Below, one piece after another: positions 48,529-58,756 of a stretch of DNA of 64,000 bases (position 1 is its first letter; every line of letters starts with the position of its first letter). Both the position numbers and the translations under genes were made by a program. The stretch spans positions 3,616-67,615 of the forward strand of contig DASQPK010000064.1 in assembly GCA_035643995.1 (NCBI GenBank), written 5' to 3'. The DNA comes from Steroidobacteraceae bacterium (GTDB taxonomy: Bacteria; Pseudomonadota; Gammaproteobacteria; Steroidobacterales; Steroidobacteraceae). The notes beneath the pieces were generated by a model that made no database searches, was not told the origin of the DNA, and saw nothing but the letters and a program-made list of their open reading frames with translations.

Positions 48529-50183
48529 CCACCGAGTGCTTGTCGAACTTTGAGCGTCAATTGATCGATGGTGAATGGCTTCTGCAAAATGCCCACTTCT
48601 CGGTCGAACATACCGTCGCTCAGCACGGCATTTCGAGCATAGCCCGTGGTATACAGCACTTTCATGGACGGCCGCAGAGCCTTGATGTGTTCCGCCAACG
48701 CAGGACCATTCATGCCCGGCATCACGACGTCGGTGACCAGCAGGTGCAAATGCAGGATGGAGTTGAGCTCATCGAGCGCCTGTTGCGGTCCGGCAGCTGA
48801 AATCACGCTATAGCCAAGATCGCGCAGCGCTTCGACCGTCATTGTGCGCACGCGATCCTCGTCCTCAACGACCAGGATTACTTCCTTGTTGCCAGGCGTA
48901 AGCGGAGAAATCTTGGCGGAAGGAGCCGCTTCGCTTTGTTCGGATCCCACGTATCGCAGCAGATGGATGCTGACCGTCGTGCCCGTTCCAGGCTGCGAAT
49001 CGATGCTGATGCGACCGCCCGATTGACTGACGAAACCATATGCCTGTGAGAGGCCGAGTCCGGTACCCTGGCCGGGCGCCTTGGTTGTATAGAAAGGATC
49101 AAAGGCACGCGCAAGCACTTCCGGGGACATTCCGCAGCCCGTGTCGTGAACAACAATCGCAACGTGGTCACCTGAATGCCCTTCGATACCGCCACGGCCA
49201 TCGGAGTTGTCGAGATGAACATTCGCCGTCCGCAGCGTGAGATTTCCCCCATCCGGCATGGCATCGCGGCTGTTGACGCACAGATTGACCAGCGCGCTTT
49301 CCAACTGCGGCGCGTCCGCGAATATTCTCCACAAGTCATCGGCGAGCACGGTCTCCAAGTGAATGTTCTCGCCAAGCGAACGGCGCAGCAGTTCCGAGGT
49401 CTCGCGCACGAGTTTATTTGCATCGAGCGGCCGTGGATCGAGCGGCTGCTGACGGGAAAACGCCAGCAGCCGCGAGGTCAGTTGCGCCCCGCGCTGCGCA
49501 CCGTCCAAGGCGTTTGCAATGAAGCGCTCGGATTTGGCCGGATCAACATGCAATTGCCGCCTGGCAATATCCAATGAGCCGACGATAACCGCCAGCATGT
49601 TGTTGAAATCGTGCGCAATCCCGCCGGTCAATTGGCCGACGGCCTCCATTTTCTGCATTTGTAGAATTCGTGCCTCTGCAGCCGCCAGCGAGGCAGCCTC
49701 GTCGCGCAGGCGTTGATTGGCGTCCTCGAGCGCGAGAGTGCGCTCGTGAACCCGGGATTCCAATTCCTCGTTCAATCGTTTCCGCTTATCTTCGCTTTCG
49801 GCGAAATCACGAAATGCCACATGCATGGAGCTGACCAGGAAGAGCACAATGACGACGGCAAACCCGTAGAGCGCATAACCCGCCCAAGTCGATGTAACCG
49901 CGACTCGAATCGGCACGAAGGAATCGCCGATAAAAAAGTAGCGGGCGGCGAAGCCGCCGAAAACAGCCGCCACGGCGCCGGCCCGCCATCCGCAAATGAA
50001 GCTGGTTAGGAAGATGGCCGGGAAGAACACGAGAAAGGGAAAGCCCACGAGCTGGCGAGCCAGGACAAATCGTGCGAGCAGCGCCAGGGCAATGGTTGCA
50101 AGTCCGAAGACGTAGCTCGTCGTGCGATTTTCACGCAGGGCCGTGGTACGTTCGTAGAATGCCCGGGCGCTGTTGATCAACAC
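48522..50183 (-). CDS. Hybrid sensor histidine kinase/response regulator (membrane sensor, HisKA, HATPase, REC)
   Basis: N-terminal multi-TM region, coiled coil, H-box GGIAHDFNNML, N/G boxes (NSRDAMPDGG, DTGCGM, GTGLGLS) and a C-terminal receiver (VVEDED...DVVMPGMNG). Confidence 0.92.
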   Translation of the reverse strand: MLINSARAFYERTTALRENRTTSYVFGLATIALALLARFVLARQLVGFPFLVFFPAIFLTSFICGWRAGAVAAVFGGFAARYFFIGDSFVPIRVAVTSTWAGYALYGFAVVIVLFLVSSMHVAFRDFAESEDKRKRLNEELESRVHERTLALEDANQRLRDEAASLAAAEARILQMQKMEAVGQLTGGIAHDFNNMLAVIVGSLDIARRQLHVDPAKSERFIANALDGAQRGAQLTSRLLAFSRQQPLDPRPLDANKLVRETSELLRRSLGENIHLETVLADDLWRIFADAPQLESALVNLCVNSRDAMPDGGNLTLRTANVHLDNSDGRGGIEGHSGDHVAIVVHDTGCGMSPEVLARAFDPFYTTKAPGQGTGLGLSQAYGFVSQSGGRISIDSQPGTGTTVSIHLLRYVGSEQSEAAPSAKISPLTPGNKEVILVVEDEDRVRTMTVEALRDLGYSVISAAGPQQALDELNSILHLHLLVTDVVMPGMNGPALAEHIKALRPSMKVLYTTGYARNAVLSDGMFDREVGILQKPFTIDQLTLKVRQALGGQ

Positions 50184-50546
50184 AGTGGACTTGAAGGGCG
50201 TAATGTATCGAGCAGCGGCACCGTCATGCCCGACGGATTGTGCGCCAAAAACCTCCCTGTTACACGCCGATTCCCAAGTCGGTTGCGATCGCGATGATGG
50301 CTTTCAGGTGCGACCGCGCGGTCGGCAGTGTCGCTGCCGGTGCCGGCGAACGGCGTAGGAAAAGCGGAGAGCGGACCGAAGTGATGTGCGTGGAAAACAA
50401 AAACGTTATGTAAATTTAACAAGTTATCCATGCGGCACTTCGACCATGAACTGCGTCGCAAATCGCGCAGTCAAGTGAGCTGTCCTACGCATCGTCAGCG
50501 TTCGTCCATGGTTTCGGCTGAGATGACCTGCTAAAAGCCATTCGCT

Positions 50547-51692
50547 ATGACGCTGAAAACGGCATTGGAGACTGACAAGCCAATCGGCAGCGCGGCTGAA
50601 GCTGCGCAGATGGCCATTGAGGCCGGGCTGGTTTACGTGTCCGATACCGAACCCGGCATAAGGCGCTTGCGCGCCGGCCGGGGTTTCCGCTACTTGACAC
50701 CCGAGAATCGCCGTCTCGCGGCCGAGAAGGTTCTGAGGCGCATTGCGCGCCTTGCGATTCCCCCGGCATATCGCGACGTGTGGATCACGATGAAACCGCG
50801 GGGCCATTTGCAGGCAACCGGCCGGGATGCACGCGGGCGCAAGCAATACCGCTATCACACAGAGTGGCGCGAACTGCGCGACAGCGCGAAGTTCGAAAGA
50901 ATGGTTTCCTTTGGAGAACAACTGTCCAAGCTGCGGCGCGTTCTCAAGCGGGACTTGGGGTTGCCGGGGCTGCCGCGCGAGAAGGTGCTGGCCGTCGTGG
51001 TCAGTTTGCTGGATGCCACTCGCGTTCGCGTCGGCAATACGGAGTATGCGCGCGACAACAAGAGCTTTGGCCTCACGACGCTTCGCAACCGTCACGTCAG
51101 CTTCATACGCGACGGCCGCGCCGTCTTGAATTTCCGCGGCAAGGGCGGCGTGCAGCATGAAATTCTCATCGATGACAAACGCATAGCCAGAATCGTGCGC
51201 CGCTGCCAGGAAATACCGGGTCAGCACTTGTTCCAATATATCAATGACGATGGACAGCGCTGTCCCATCGATTCGGGGCAGGTCAACGACTATCTGCGAG
51301 AAGCGATGGGGAATGACTTTACCGCCAAGGACTTTCGGACTTGGGGCGCCACTTTGCACGCAATCACCCTGCTCGCACGGACGCCGTTGCCGGAAGTCCC
51401 GAGCGAGCATGCCTACAAAAAGAAGATTGCCGATGTGGTAAAGGAAGTAGCGGCTGAACTGCGCAACACACCTGCAGTCTGCCGAAAGTCGTATATCAAC
51501 CCGGCCATCTTCGACAGTTGGCGCTCGGGAAGCATTCACGAAGTCATCGATGGCAAGCTCGGTGCGGCTTCCGCCCGCAAGGCCGAAACCTTGGTACTGG
51601 CATTTCTGCGCCACGAAGGCAGAGGGGGAGGGGCACGGCGGCGTCCGGCTATCCTACACAAGCTTCCAAACCTGGATGACAGACCGTCGTGA
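50547..51692 (+). CDS. DNA topoisomerase IB (poxvirus-like bacterial type)
   Basis: IPPAYRDVWI, GRDARGRKQYRYH, RVGNTEYARDN, FRGKGG, TAKDFRTWG and a C-terminal CRKSYINP containing the presumed catalytic Tyr. Confidence 0.9.
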   Translation: MTLKTALETDKPIGSAAEAAQMAIEAGLVYVSDTEPGIRRLRAGRGFRYLTPENRRLAAEKVLRRIARLAIPPAYRDVWITMKPRGHLQATGRDARGRKQYRYHTEWRELRDSAKFERMVSFGEQLSKLRRVLKRDLGLPGLPREKVLAVVVSLLDATRVRVGNTEYARDNKSFGLTTLRNRHVSFIRDGRAVLNFRGKGGVQHEILIDDKRIARIVRRCQEIPGQHLFQYINDDGQRCPIDSGQVNDYLREAMGNDFTAKDFRTWGATLHAITLLARTPLPEVPSEHAYKKKIADVVKEVAAELRNTPAVCRKSYINPAIFDSWRSGSIHEVIDGKLGAASARKAETLVLAFLRHEGRGGGARRRPAILHKLPNLDDRPS

Positions 51693-51942
51693 CGACAAAA
51701 CGTTATATGTTTCTCATGCTCAATCACTTGTCCGTGCGGGGTAATCTGTTTCTATTCGTGCGCAGACATGAGCATCTTGAATACTATTTCAACTTGGGCG
51801 ATTCCCGCGTTGCCGCGAATGAACACGGTATTTCTTCTCGGGGTTCCCCGCAGCGTACCAACGTGATCGAGATCCATCCGCTGGCGCAAGCTCGGCGCCG
51901 GCAGTACTAGGCGGCATCGACACAACCGCGATACCCGTCCCC

Positions 51943-51972
51943 AGGACGATTCCTACGCATAGCGGCTATAAT
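51943..51972 (+). promoter_or_regulatory. Candidate sigma70-type promoter of maeB
   Basis: Perfect -10 TATAAT (51967-51972) with a weak -35 AGGACG 18 nt upstream, about 40 nt before the maeB ATG. Confidence 0.3.
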
Positions 51973-52011
51973 GGCGCGTTCCCGTGCCATCCATGTAATG
52001 CAACGCTATCT

Positions 52012-54330
52012 ATGAAGAGAGACGAAATCAAGGAAGCGCTCAAGAAACAAGCGCTCGATTATCACGAGTTCCCGACTCCGGGGAAATTGTCGGTCACCGC
52101 AACCAAACAATTGCTGAATCAAAGCGATTTGGCCCTGGCGTATTCGCCCGGGGTTGCCGCCGCCTGTGAAGCGATTGTCGAAGACCCATTGAATGTCTTT
52201 CGTTTCACCGCCCGAGGCAATCTGGTGGGCGTCATCAGCAATGGCACCGCGGTGCTGGGCCTGGGCGCCATCGGCCCGTTGGCAGCCAAGCCCGTGATGG
52301 AAGGCAAAGCGGTATTGTTCAAGAAATTTGCGGGAATTGATGTGTTCGACATCGAAATCGAACAGCGGGATCCGCAGAAATTGATCGAGATGATTGCCGC
52401 CCTGGAGCCCACCTTCGGCGCCATCAATCTGGAGGACATCAAGGCTCCGGAATGCTTCATCGTCGAGCGCGAGCTGCGGCGGCGCATGAAAATTCCGGTG
52501 TTCCATGATGATCAGCATGGAACCGCAATCATTGTCGGCGCGGCGTGCCTCAACGGCCTGCAGGTGGTGGCAAAGAATATTGCCGAAGTGAAAATGGTCG
52601 TCAGCGGCGCCGGCGCGGCGGCACTCGCTTGCGTGGATCTATTGTTGGACTTGGGCCTCACGCGCGAAAACGTCTGGGTGACTGATCTTGCGGGCGTTGT
52701 CTACGAGGGCCGGCGCGAGCTGATGGACCCGGAGAAGGCGCGCTTTGCGCAGGCTACCAGCGCCCGCACGTTGATTGAAGTCATCGGCGGCGCGGATATT
52801 TTCTTGGGCTTGAGCGCCGGCGGCGTGCTGACCCAGGAAATGGTCAAGATGATGGCGGCCAGGCCCCTCATTTTGGCGCTCGCGAATCCGACACCGGAAA
52901 TCCTGCCGGAAGAGGCCAGGGCGGTGCGCGACGACGCGGTGATTGCCACAGGCCGCAGCGACTACCCCAACCAGGTCAACAACGTGCTGTGTTTTCCTTT
53001 CATCTTCCGCGGCGCGCTCGATGTGGGGGCAACGACCATTACACGGCAGATGGAAATCGCCACCGTGCATGCAATTGCGGAGCTCGCGCGCCAGGAGCAA
53101 AGCGATATCGTCGCAGCCGCCTATGGCGGCATTGAGGATTTGGCCTTTGGCCCGGAATACCTGATCCCGAAGCCATTTGATCCTCGGTTGATCGTCAAAA
53201 TTGCTCCGGCGGTCGCAAAGGCCGCCATGGAATCAGGCGTGGCGACCCGCCCCATCCTGGACATGGAGGCCTACGGACAGCGGCTACTGCAATTTGTCTA
53301 CCACAGCGGCACGCTGATGCAGCCGATTTTCGTGGCGGCTCGCAAGGTATCGCCCCAGCGCAGCCGCATTGTGTTCGCCGAGGGTGAGGATGAGCGGGTG
53401 CTTCGCGCCGTTCAGATAGTGGTGGACGAAAAGCTGGCGACGCCGATATTGGTGGGGCGCCCGGCGGTCATTGAGCGCGGGCTGAAGCGCCATGGTCTGC
53501 GGCTGCGCATCGGCGAGAACCTAAGCGTGGTCAATCCGGAGCAGGATGAGCGCTTTCGGGAGTATTGGCGGGCGTATCACGCGCTGACTGAGCGCGACGG
53601 TGTGACGGCGCAATACGCCCGATTGGAATTGCGCCGGCGCACCACGTTGATAGGCGCGATGCTGTTGAAAAAAGGCGAAGCCGACGGAATGATTTGCGGA
53701 ACCATCAGCACCACCGCGCGGCACCTGCATTACATCGATCAAGTGATCGGACACCGTGCAGGAGCCACCGTGTATGGTACGATGACCGGACTCATACTCC
53801 CCGGTCGCCAAGTATTCATCGTCGACACGCACGTCAATCTCGACCCGACAGCCGAACAACTTGCCGAATTGACGCAACTCGCGGCAGACCAGTTATCCGC
53901 ATTCGGTCTGGTGCCCAAGGTCGCGTTACTCTCGCATTCCAATTTCGGATCCAGCAACGCCCCCTCGGCGCTGAAGATGCGCGCCACCTTAGGCTTGCTG
54001 AGAACGCGCATGCCGGAGCTCGAGGTGGATGGAGAGATGCACGGGGACTGCGCGCTCGATGCGGCTGCGCGTCACGCGATACTGGCGACGAGCACGCTGT
54101 TTGGCACCGCGAATTTATTGGTGTGCCCCAACCTTGACAGCGCCAGTATTGCTTACAACCTGCTGAAGTCGGCTGCCGGCCATAACGTGGCCGTCGGTCC
54201 GATCCTGCTGGGTTGCGCGGCGTCGGTTCATATCCTTACCCCCGCGGCGACGGTGCGCCGGCTGGTGAACATGACCGCCGTCACCGTCGTGGAAGCCAAT
54301 AAGGCCCTCAGCGTCAGCAGAAAGTACTAG
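52012..54330 (+). CDS. maeB: NADP-dependent malic enzyme (malic enzyme + phosphotransacetylase-like domain)
   Basis: Collinear with E. coli MaeB ([34 protein letters not shown]) plus a C-terminal PTA-like domain. 772 aa. Confidence 0.95.
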   Translation: MKRDEIKEALKKQALDYHEFPTPGKLSVTATKQLLNQSDLALAYSPGVAAACEAIVEDPLNVFRFTARGNLVGVISNGTAVLGLGAIGPLAAKPVMEGKAVLFKKFAGIDVFDIEIEQRDPQKLIEMIAALEPTFGAINLEDIKAPECFIVERELRRRMKIPVFHDDQHGTAIIVGAACLNGLQVVAKNIAEVKMVVSGAGAAALACVDLLLDLGLTRENVWVTDLAGVVYEGRRELMDPEKARFAQATSARTLIEVIGGADIFLGLSAGGVLTQEMVKMMAARPLILALANPTPEILPEEARAVRDDAVIATGRSDYPNQVNNVLCFPFIFRGALDVGATTITRQMEIATVHAIAELARQEQSDIVAAAYGGIEDLAFGPEYLIPKPFDPRLIVKIAPAVAKAAMESGVATRPILDMEAYGQRLLQFVYHSGTLMQPIFVAARKVSPQRSRIVFAEGEDERVLRAVQIVVDEKLATPILVGRPAVIERGLKRHGLRLRIGENLSVVNPEQDERFREYWRAYHALTERDGVTAQYARLELRRRTTLIGAMLLKKGEADGMICGTISTTARHLHYIDQVIGHRAGATVYGTMTGLILPGRQVFIVDTHVNLDPTAEQLAELTQLAADQLSAFGLVPKVALLSHSNFGSSNAPSALKMRATLGLLRTRMPELEVDGEMHGDCALDAAARHAILATSTLFGTANLLVCPNLDSASIAYNLLKSAAGHNVAVGPILLGCAASVHILTPAATVRRLVNMTAVTVVEANKALSVSRKY

Positions 54331-54347
54331 CCTGCAGCCGCGAAGGG

Positions 54348-55436
54348 CTACTGATAGGCGCGATTCTTCCAGTTCGCGCCTTTTCCCCGCCAATGATTTA
54401 CCGCGGAGGCCGCGGTCGCTGCCATGTAGAACAGCGCGATCAACGGCAGCGCAAACGCCCATGCCTTGCTGCGCTGGTATCGCGCCAAGGTGGGTACATA
54501 GCTGAATGCAGCGAGGGAGCATGCGGCCAATCCACAGGCTCGATGCCAACCATTGCCGAAGGCGAGCTCCAACGGCGGCACGAGCCAGACCACGGTCAAG
54601 CCGGCGATGGTGAGTCCCAGAAGCCACGCCGAATAACGCAGCTGAGTGAACGCCGTCCGCGAAATCATGCGCCACAGGTCGACGAAAGCCGGATAGCGCC
54701 TTACGGATGTCGCGAGGCCCGAATGGCCGAGAAAAATAGCTCCGCCTCTCTTTACCGCCCTTGCCAGTGCCACATCATCGATAAGCGAGTCCTTGATCGA
54801 TTCCACCCCACCGATCCGCTCAAGCGCTTCGCGGCGGATCAACATGGTACCGCCGGCGGCCGCGGCCACCGCCGATCGCGGATCATTCACTCGGGCAAAT
54901 GGATAGAGCATTTGGAAAAAATAGACGAATGCCGGCACCAGCGCGCGCTCCGCGAAACTGGTGCAGTTCAGACGCACCATTTCGCTGACGAGGTCGAGAC
55001 GAGCCTCCAACAACCGCGCCAACAAGGATGATAGATGCCCGCGCTCGTGCACGATATCGGCGTCCGTAAGCAACAACACGGGTGCGCGGCTCGCCGCGAC
55101 CCCCTCATTGAGCGCCCACAACTTTCCCGACCAACCGGACGGCTTGGTGCGCAAACGGATTACCTGCAGGTTGGGTGCCGCACCTGCCAATGCGGCGGTT
55201 TCGTCGGTTGAGTTGTCGTCGACCAAGATCACGCGGAAGTGACCCGCATAGTCTTGGGCAAGCAACGAGGCTACGACTGCGCCGATGCTCTCGCCCTCAT
55301 CGCGGGCGGGAACGATGATGTCGATGTCCGGAAACTCCGCGGGGGTGGCGGGCAGCAATTGCGGGCGGGACCGCCAGAATCCGCCGTGACCGAAGAACAG
55401 GTAGGCCCAAACACCCAGCGACAGGAGCGCGATCAC
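54348..55436 (-). CDS. Family 2 glycosyltransferase, membrane-anchored (HpnB-like; subfamily assignment tentative)
   Basis: IIVPARDEGESIG, VDDNSTDET and TDADI (DxD) GT-A motifs, flanked by N- and C-terminal TM segments. Confidence 0.8.
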   Translation of the reverse strand: MIALLSLGVWAYLFFGHGGFWRSRPQLLPATPAEFPDIDIIVPARDEGESIGAVVASLLAQDYAGHFRVILVDDNSTDETAALAGAAPNLQVIRLRTKPSGWSGKLWALNEGVAASRAPVLLLTDADIVHERGHLSSLLARLLEARLDLVSEMVRLNCTSFAERALVPAFVYFFQMLYPFARVNDPRSAVAAAAGGTMLIRREALERIGGVESIKDSLIDDVALARAVKRGGAIFLGHSGLATSVRRYPAFVDLWRMISRTAFTQLRYSAWLLGLTIAGLTVVWLVPPLELAFGNGWHRACGLAACSLAAFSYVPTLARYQRSKAWAFALPLIALFYMAATAASAVNHWRGKGANWKNRAYQ

Positions 55437-55449
55437 GCAGCGGGCCGGT

Positions 55450-56694
55450 CTAGATCGGGTTGTCCAACGATTTTGCCAGGGGGGTGAACGGCTTCGGCCC
55501 GGATACGGTCATGTACCAACAGTCCTCCAGTCGAATGCCGAACTCACCCGGGATATAGATTCCGGGCTCATCCGAAAAGCACATTCCCGCCTGCAGCGGC
55601 GTTGCATCGCCGTGCACCAGGTACGGAGGTTCGTGCACGTCCAAACCGATGCCGTGGCCCGTGCGGTGTGAAAGCCCGGGCAACCGATAACCGGGACCCC
55701 ACCCTTCAGTTTCATAGTACTTGCGAACGGCATCATCGATGCTGCCCACCGGCGCATCGATCTTCGCCGTTTCCAAGGCGATTTCCTGGCCGCGCTTCAC
55801 GGTATTCCACACCTTGCGTTGTCGGGGACTTGCCGCGCCGAACACCCAGGTGCGCGAGATGTCGGATTGGTAGCCATGCAGCGCACAACCGCAATCCATG
55901 AGAATCACCGACCCTTCACGGACCTTTTGCGGCTTGACCGAGCCATGAGGAAAAGCCGACGCCTCATTCAGCAGAACCATGGAAAATTCCGGCGCACCGC
56001 CGAGAGCAAGCGTCGTACGGTCCATCAGAGACGAGATATCCGCCGCGCTCATGCCTCGAGCGATTTGCGCGTGGACGCGGCGGAGTGCTTCGATGGTCAC
56101 ATCGTTAGCCAATTGCAGCAGTGCCAGTTCCGCGGGAGACTTGATGAGCCTGCATGCTCGCACCAGAGGATCGGCAGGGATGATCTCGTACACGTCCGAG
56201 GCTTGACGGATCCCGGACACAATGAAGAAGCGCATCGTCGATTCAGCGGCGAGCTGCCCGGAATCGATGCCTCGGTCTTTCAGGCCTTGAACAATCTTGG
56301 CGAATGGGCTTTCGTGTTCATCCCACGGCCTCACCTCGCCGCCGATCTGCAGCGTCTCGCGCACCGATGGCTCCTCGAAGGCCGGGGTTACGACCAGGAC
56401 CTGGCCGCTCGCCGGGATGATCGCAAGCGTCGTTCGCTCGGAGCGATGCCAGCGGATCCCCGTGAAGTAATCCAGGCTGGAACCCGGCTCCACCAACAGG
56501 GCGGCGATCTTCCGTTGCGCCATCAGTGTCTGGACTCTGGCGATACGCTCACGCCGCTCCTCGACAGCAATCGGCTTGGCCCCGCCGGTCATGGACTTGA
56601 GGGGTTGCGGCGAACTTCCCGCGTACGTCGTGCCTGCGGCCAAAGACGCGGCGGCAGCGCTTTGTAGAAAAGCTCGTCGAGATAGCATGGTCAT
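55450..56694 (-). CDS. Tat-exported M24-family Xaa-Pro peptidase
   Basis: Twin-arginine leader SRRAFLQSAAAASLAAG. Creatinase-like N-domain. Pita-bread metal ligands (DCGC...Y.SDISRT, HRTGHGIG, EPG.Y). An alternative ATG lies at 56688. Confidence 0.88.
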   Translation of the reverse strand: MTMLSRRAFLQSAAAASLAAGTTYAGSSPQPLKSMTGGAKPIAVEERRERIARVQTLMAQRKIAALLVEPGSSLDYFTGIRWHRSERTTLAIIPASGQVLVVTPAFEEPSVRETLQIGGEVRPWDEHESPFAKIVQGLKDRGIDSGQLAAESTMRFFIVSGIRQASDVYEIIPADPLVRACRLIKSPAELALLQLANDVTIEALRRVHAQIARGMSAADISSLMDRTTLALGGAPEFSMVLLNEASAFPHGSVKPQKVREGSVILMDCGCALHGYQSDISRTWVFGAASPRQRKVWNTVKRGQEIALETAKIDAPVGSIDDAVRKYYETEGWGPGYRLPGLSHRTGHGIGLDVHEPPYLVHGDATPLQAGMCFSDEPGIYIPGEFGIRLEDCWYMTVSGPKPFTPLAKSLDNPI

Positions 56695-56907
56695 CCCTTT
56701 ATGATGCGGCGGTGCGCCTATGTTACTGCAATTCGAGGCAACGGACTGTACGGGCGCTGACGCTGCCATGAGGCGGAATTACCCATTGAGAAAATTTCCG
56801 ACGAAGCATCACTTCGCAATCCTACAGCGATGCAAACGGCGCCGCGTAACATCGATTGCACAAGAACGTGTCGGCCGTTTGCCGGCGATATGCGGAGGAG
56901 GTAGGTC

Positions 56908-57102
56908 ATGGGCATTAACAAAGATCAAGTTGAGGGCCGGGCCAAGGAAGCGGCGGGCAAGATTCAGGAAGTCGCCGGCAAAGCGGTCGGCAGCACCACG
57001 CAGCAAGTGAAAGGCGCGGTCAATAAAACGGCCGGCGCAGCGCAAGCGAAGTACGGTGACGTCAAGAACGATTTGAACAAGGATTCCAAGCAGGATCGCT
57101 GA
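56908..57102 (+). CDS. CsbD-family stress response protein
   Basis: 64 aa. NKDQVEGRAKEAAGKIQE..GK...Q.KG......G..QAKYGD is the CsbD repeat pattern. Strong GGAGGAGG SD. Confidence 0.9.
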   Translation: MGINKDQVEGRAKEAAGKIQEVAGKAVGSTTQQVKGAVNKTAGAAQAKYGDVKNDLNKDSKQDR

Positions 57103-57108
57103 GCAAAC

Positions 57109-57149
57109 GGCCATGCGCCGTTTTACACACGCGCATGGCCTTTTCTTTC
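57109..57149 (+). terminator. Rho-independent terminator after csbD (between convergent genes)
   Basis: Perfect 10-bp stem GGCCATGCGC (57109-57118) / GCGCATGGCC (57131-57140), 12-nt loop, then TTTTCTTTC. Confidence 0.75.
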
Positions 57150-57152
57150 AAA

Positions 57153-58112
57153 TTACGGGTGATCCTCTGCGCCGGCCCGCGCCATGATCGCCTCGGCTCG
57201 ATGAAACAATTCCGCAGGTACGTTGTGCCCCGACGCGGCGGCGTTCTCGTCGATTTGATCCGGGCGTGAAGCGCCAATGATCGCGGAGGCCAAATTCGGT
57301 TGCCGCAATACCCACGCCAAGGCAAATTGAGTGAGCGTCAGTCCTGCCTCCGCGGCGAGCGGCCGAAGCGACTGCACTGCCTCGAGCACGGCGGGTTCGA
57401 GCCACGCTTGGTTTAAAAAGCCATTGATCGCGTCGTTAGCCGCGCGGCTGTCCGCGGGCAGCTTGGCGCCGGAGGCATACTTTCCCGTGAGCACTCCCTG
57501 CGCCAGCGGCGACCAGACAATCTGCGATATTCCGTTGCTTGAACATAGCGGTATCAGGGCGTCCTCAGGGCCGCGGTGCAGCAGCGAATATTGAGGTTGG
57601 CTGGAAACAAATTTCTCGACGCCGGGGATGGCGAGCGCGGCTTTGACGCGCTCCACTGGCCATTCCGAAAATCCCAGATAGCGAACCTTGCCCGCCCTCA
57701 CCACGTCGCTCAACGCCTGCATGGTTTCGTCCAGAGGCGTGTCTGCATCATAGCGATGGCATTGATAAAGATCGACGTAGTCCACTCTCAAGCGAAGCAA
57801 CGAGGCATCGAGCTGCTTGAAAATTTGGGCGCGCGAGAGTCCCTTGTCCGTGCTGCTCATGGGGAAGTACAGCTTGGTGGCCAGTACGTAGCGGTCGCGC
57901 GGGATGCCCGACAAGGCTTCGCCCAGCACGCGTTCGGCCGCTCCGCGGCCATAAACATTCGCGGTGTCGATGAGGGTAATTCCACGATCGAGCGCACGGT
58001 GGACACAGGCGATGGCAATGTCCTTTGCCGCGCCCTCCGAAAGATTGAGCCACGAGCCAAACGCGATTTCGGATACGACAAGTTTACTGCTGCCCAGCGG
58101 GCGATATTTCAT
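57153..58112 (-). CDS. Aldo/keto reductase family oxidoreductase
   Basis: MKYRPLGSSKLVVSEIAFGSW, IDTANVYG, LYQCHRYD, GFSEW motifs. ATG at 58112; the ORF-track extension is rejected. Confidence 0.92.
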   Translation of the reverse strand: MKYRPLGSSKLVVSEIAFGSWLNLSEGAAKDIAIACVHRALDRGITLIDTANVYGRGAAERVLGEALSGIPRDRYVLATKLYFPMSSTDKGLSRAQIFKQLDASLLRLRVDYVDLYQCHRYDADTPLDETMQALSDVVRAGKVRYLGFSEWPVERVKAALAIPGVEKFVSSQPQYSLLHRGPEDALIPLCSSNGISQIVWSPLAQGVLTGKYASGAKLPADSRAANDAINGFLNQAWLEPAVLEAVQSLRPLAAEAGLTLTQFALAWVLRQPNLASAIIGASRPDQIDENAAASGHNVPAELFHRAEAIMARAGAEDHP

Positions 58113-58170
58113 CCTATTTCTCCGCGGCCTGCGCAGATGGTAGCACGGCGCGTTTTTCCAGCCGCCGCTA

Positions 58171-58202
58171 TGCATGCGAGGTCAGAATCGTCCTGCATGC
58201 GA
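58171..58202. promoter_or_regulatory. 9-bp direct repeat in a divergent promoter region
   Basis: TGCATGCGA at 58171-58179 and again at 58194-58202 (23-nt period), between the AKR start and the small hydrophilic ORF. Confidence 0.25.
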
Positions 58203-58277
58203 TTCGGCAGGCCCCTATTCCAAACGGGCAGCCGGAGCGCCAAGCTGATCGCGCCCATCAAAAATGGAGGTGCCAGC

Positions 58278-58565
58278 ATGCATGCTTCGCTTGCTTTCGT
58301 GAACGGTGCGGGAAACAAACGATCCACGCCGGTCGCTAAAACCGATCCTGAGGGGCTGCACTTGCTCAATGCGCTGCTGTCGACTGCAACGTCCGAATCG
58401 CCCCGTCCCATTGTCGACAAAGGCAAATCCAAGGACGAGCGCCACGCAGAAGAGGAGGCTAAGGCGGATACCGTGTCGAAGCCCGGCGGATTCGACAATG
58501 ACCCGGACGATCCGACCAATCCGAATGAAGTGCGGGAGAGACATTTAGAAAAAATCAAGAAGTGA
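58278..58565 (+). CDS. Small hydrophilic, charged protein (hypothetical)
   Basis: 95 aa. GGAGG SD 7 nt upstream of the ATG. The C-terminal half is strongly D/E/K-rich (KGKSKDERHAEEEAKAD...DNDPDDPTNPNEVRERHLEKIKK). Lies in a stress-gene neighbourhood. Confidence 0.55.
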   Translation: MHASLAFVNGAGNKRSTPVAKTDPEGLHLLNALLSTATSESPRPIVDKGKSKDERHAEEEAKADTVSKPGGFDNDPDDPTNPNEVRERHLEKIKK

Positions 58566-58756
58566 AGGACGATGCCGCTACGAGAAGTACGATCGAGCGG
58601 CCCGCCAAAGGCTTGATTCTCGGCAAACGGCCGGTGTGGGATATGGCCGTCACGGGGTCACTTTCCCCGCCTACAGATAAACCGACGGTTAACCATCACG
58701 ATAAGCTCGAGAAGATGCATAGCCGACAGGCTACGTAAAACCTTGCAGGAGGAACG

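Noticed and set aside
50173-50461. 61-aa (plus) and 94-aa (minus) ORFs in the kinase/topIB divergent spacer
   Set aside because: Both have junk-like composition (Arg/Cys/Pro-rich), no ribosome-binding sites and mutually overlapping frames. The region is more likely promoter or leader DNA.
50424-51614. 396-aa minus-strand ORF antisense to topoisomerase IB
   Set aside because: The TopIB frame contains the conserved catalytic motifs. The antisense frame has none and would run through the divergent promoter region.
51689-51910. 73-aa ORF whose GTG overlaps the topIB stop codon
   Set aside because: It has mixed third-position composition, no SD and no recognisable domain, and it lies in a lower-GC spacer. 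It is kept only as a note inside the TopIB finding, not called as a gene.
56840-56900. Possible ECF/general-stress promoter (GAAC ... CGAT spacing) upstream of csbD
   Set aside because: The match to any ECF consensus is weak and could arise by chance. It cannot be supported without comparative or transcript data.
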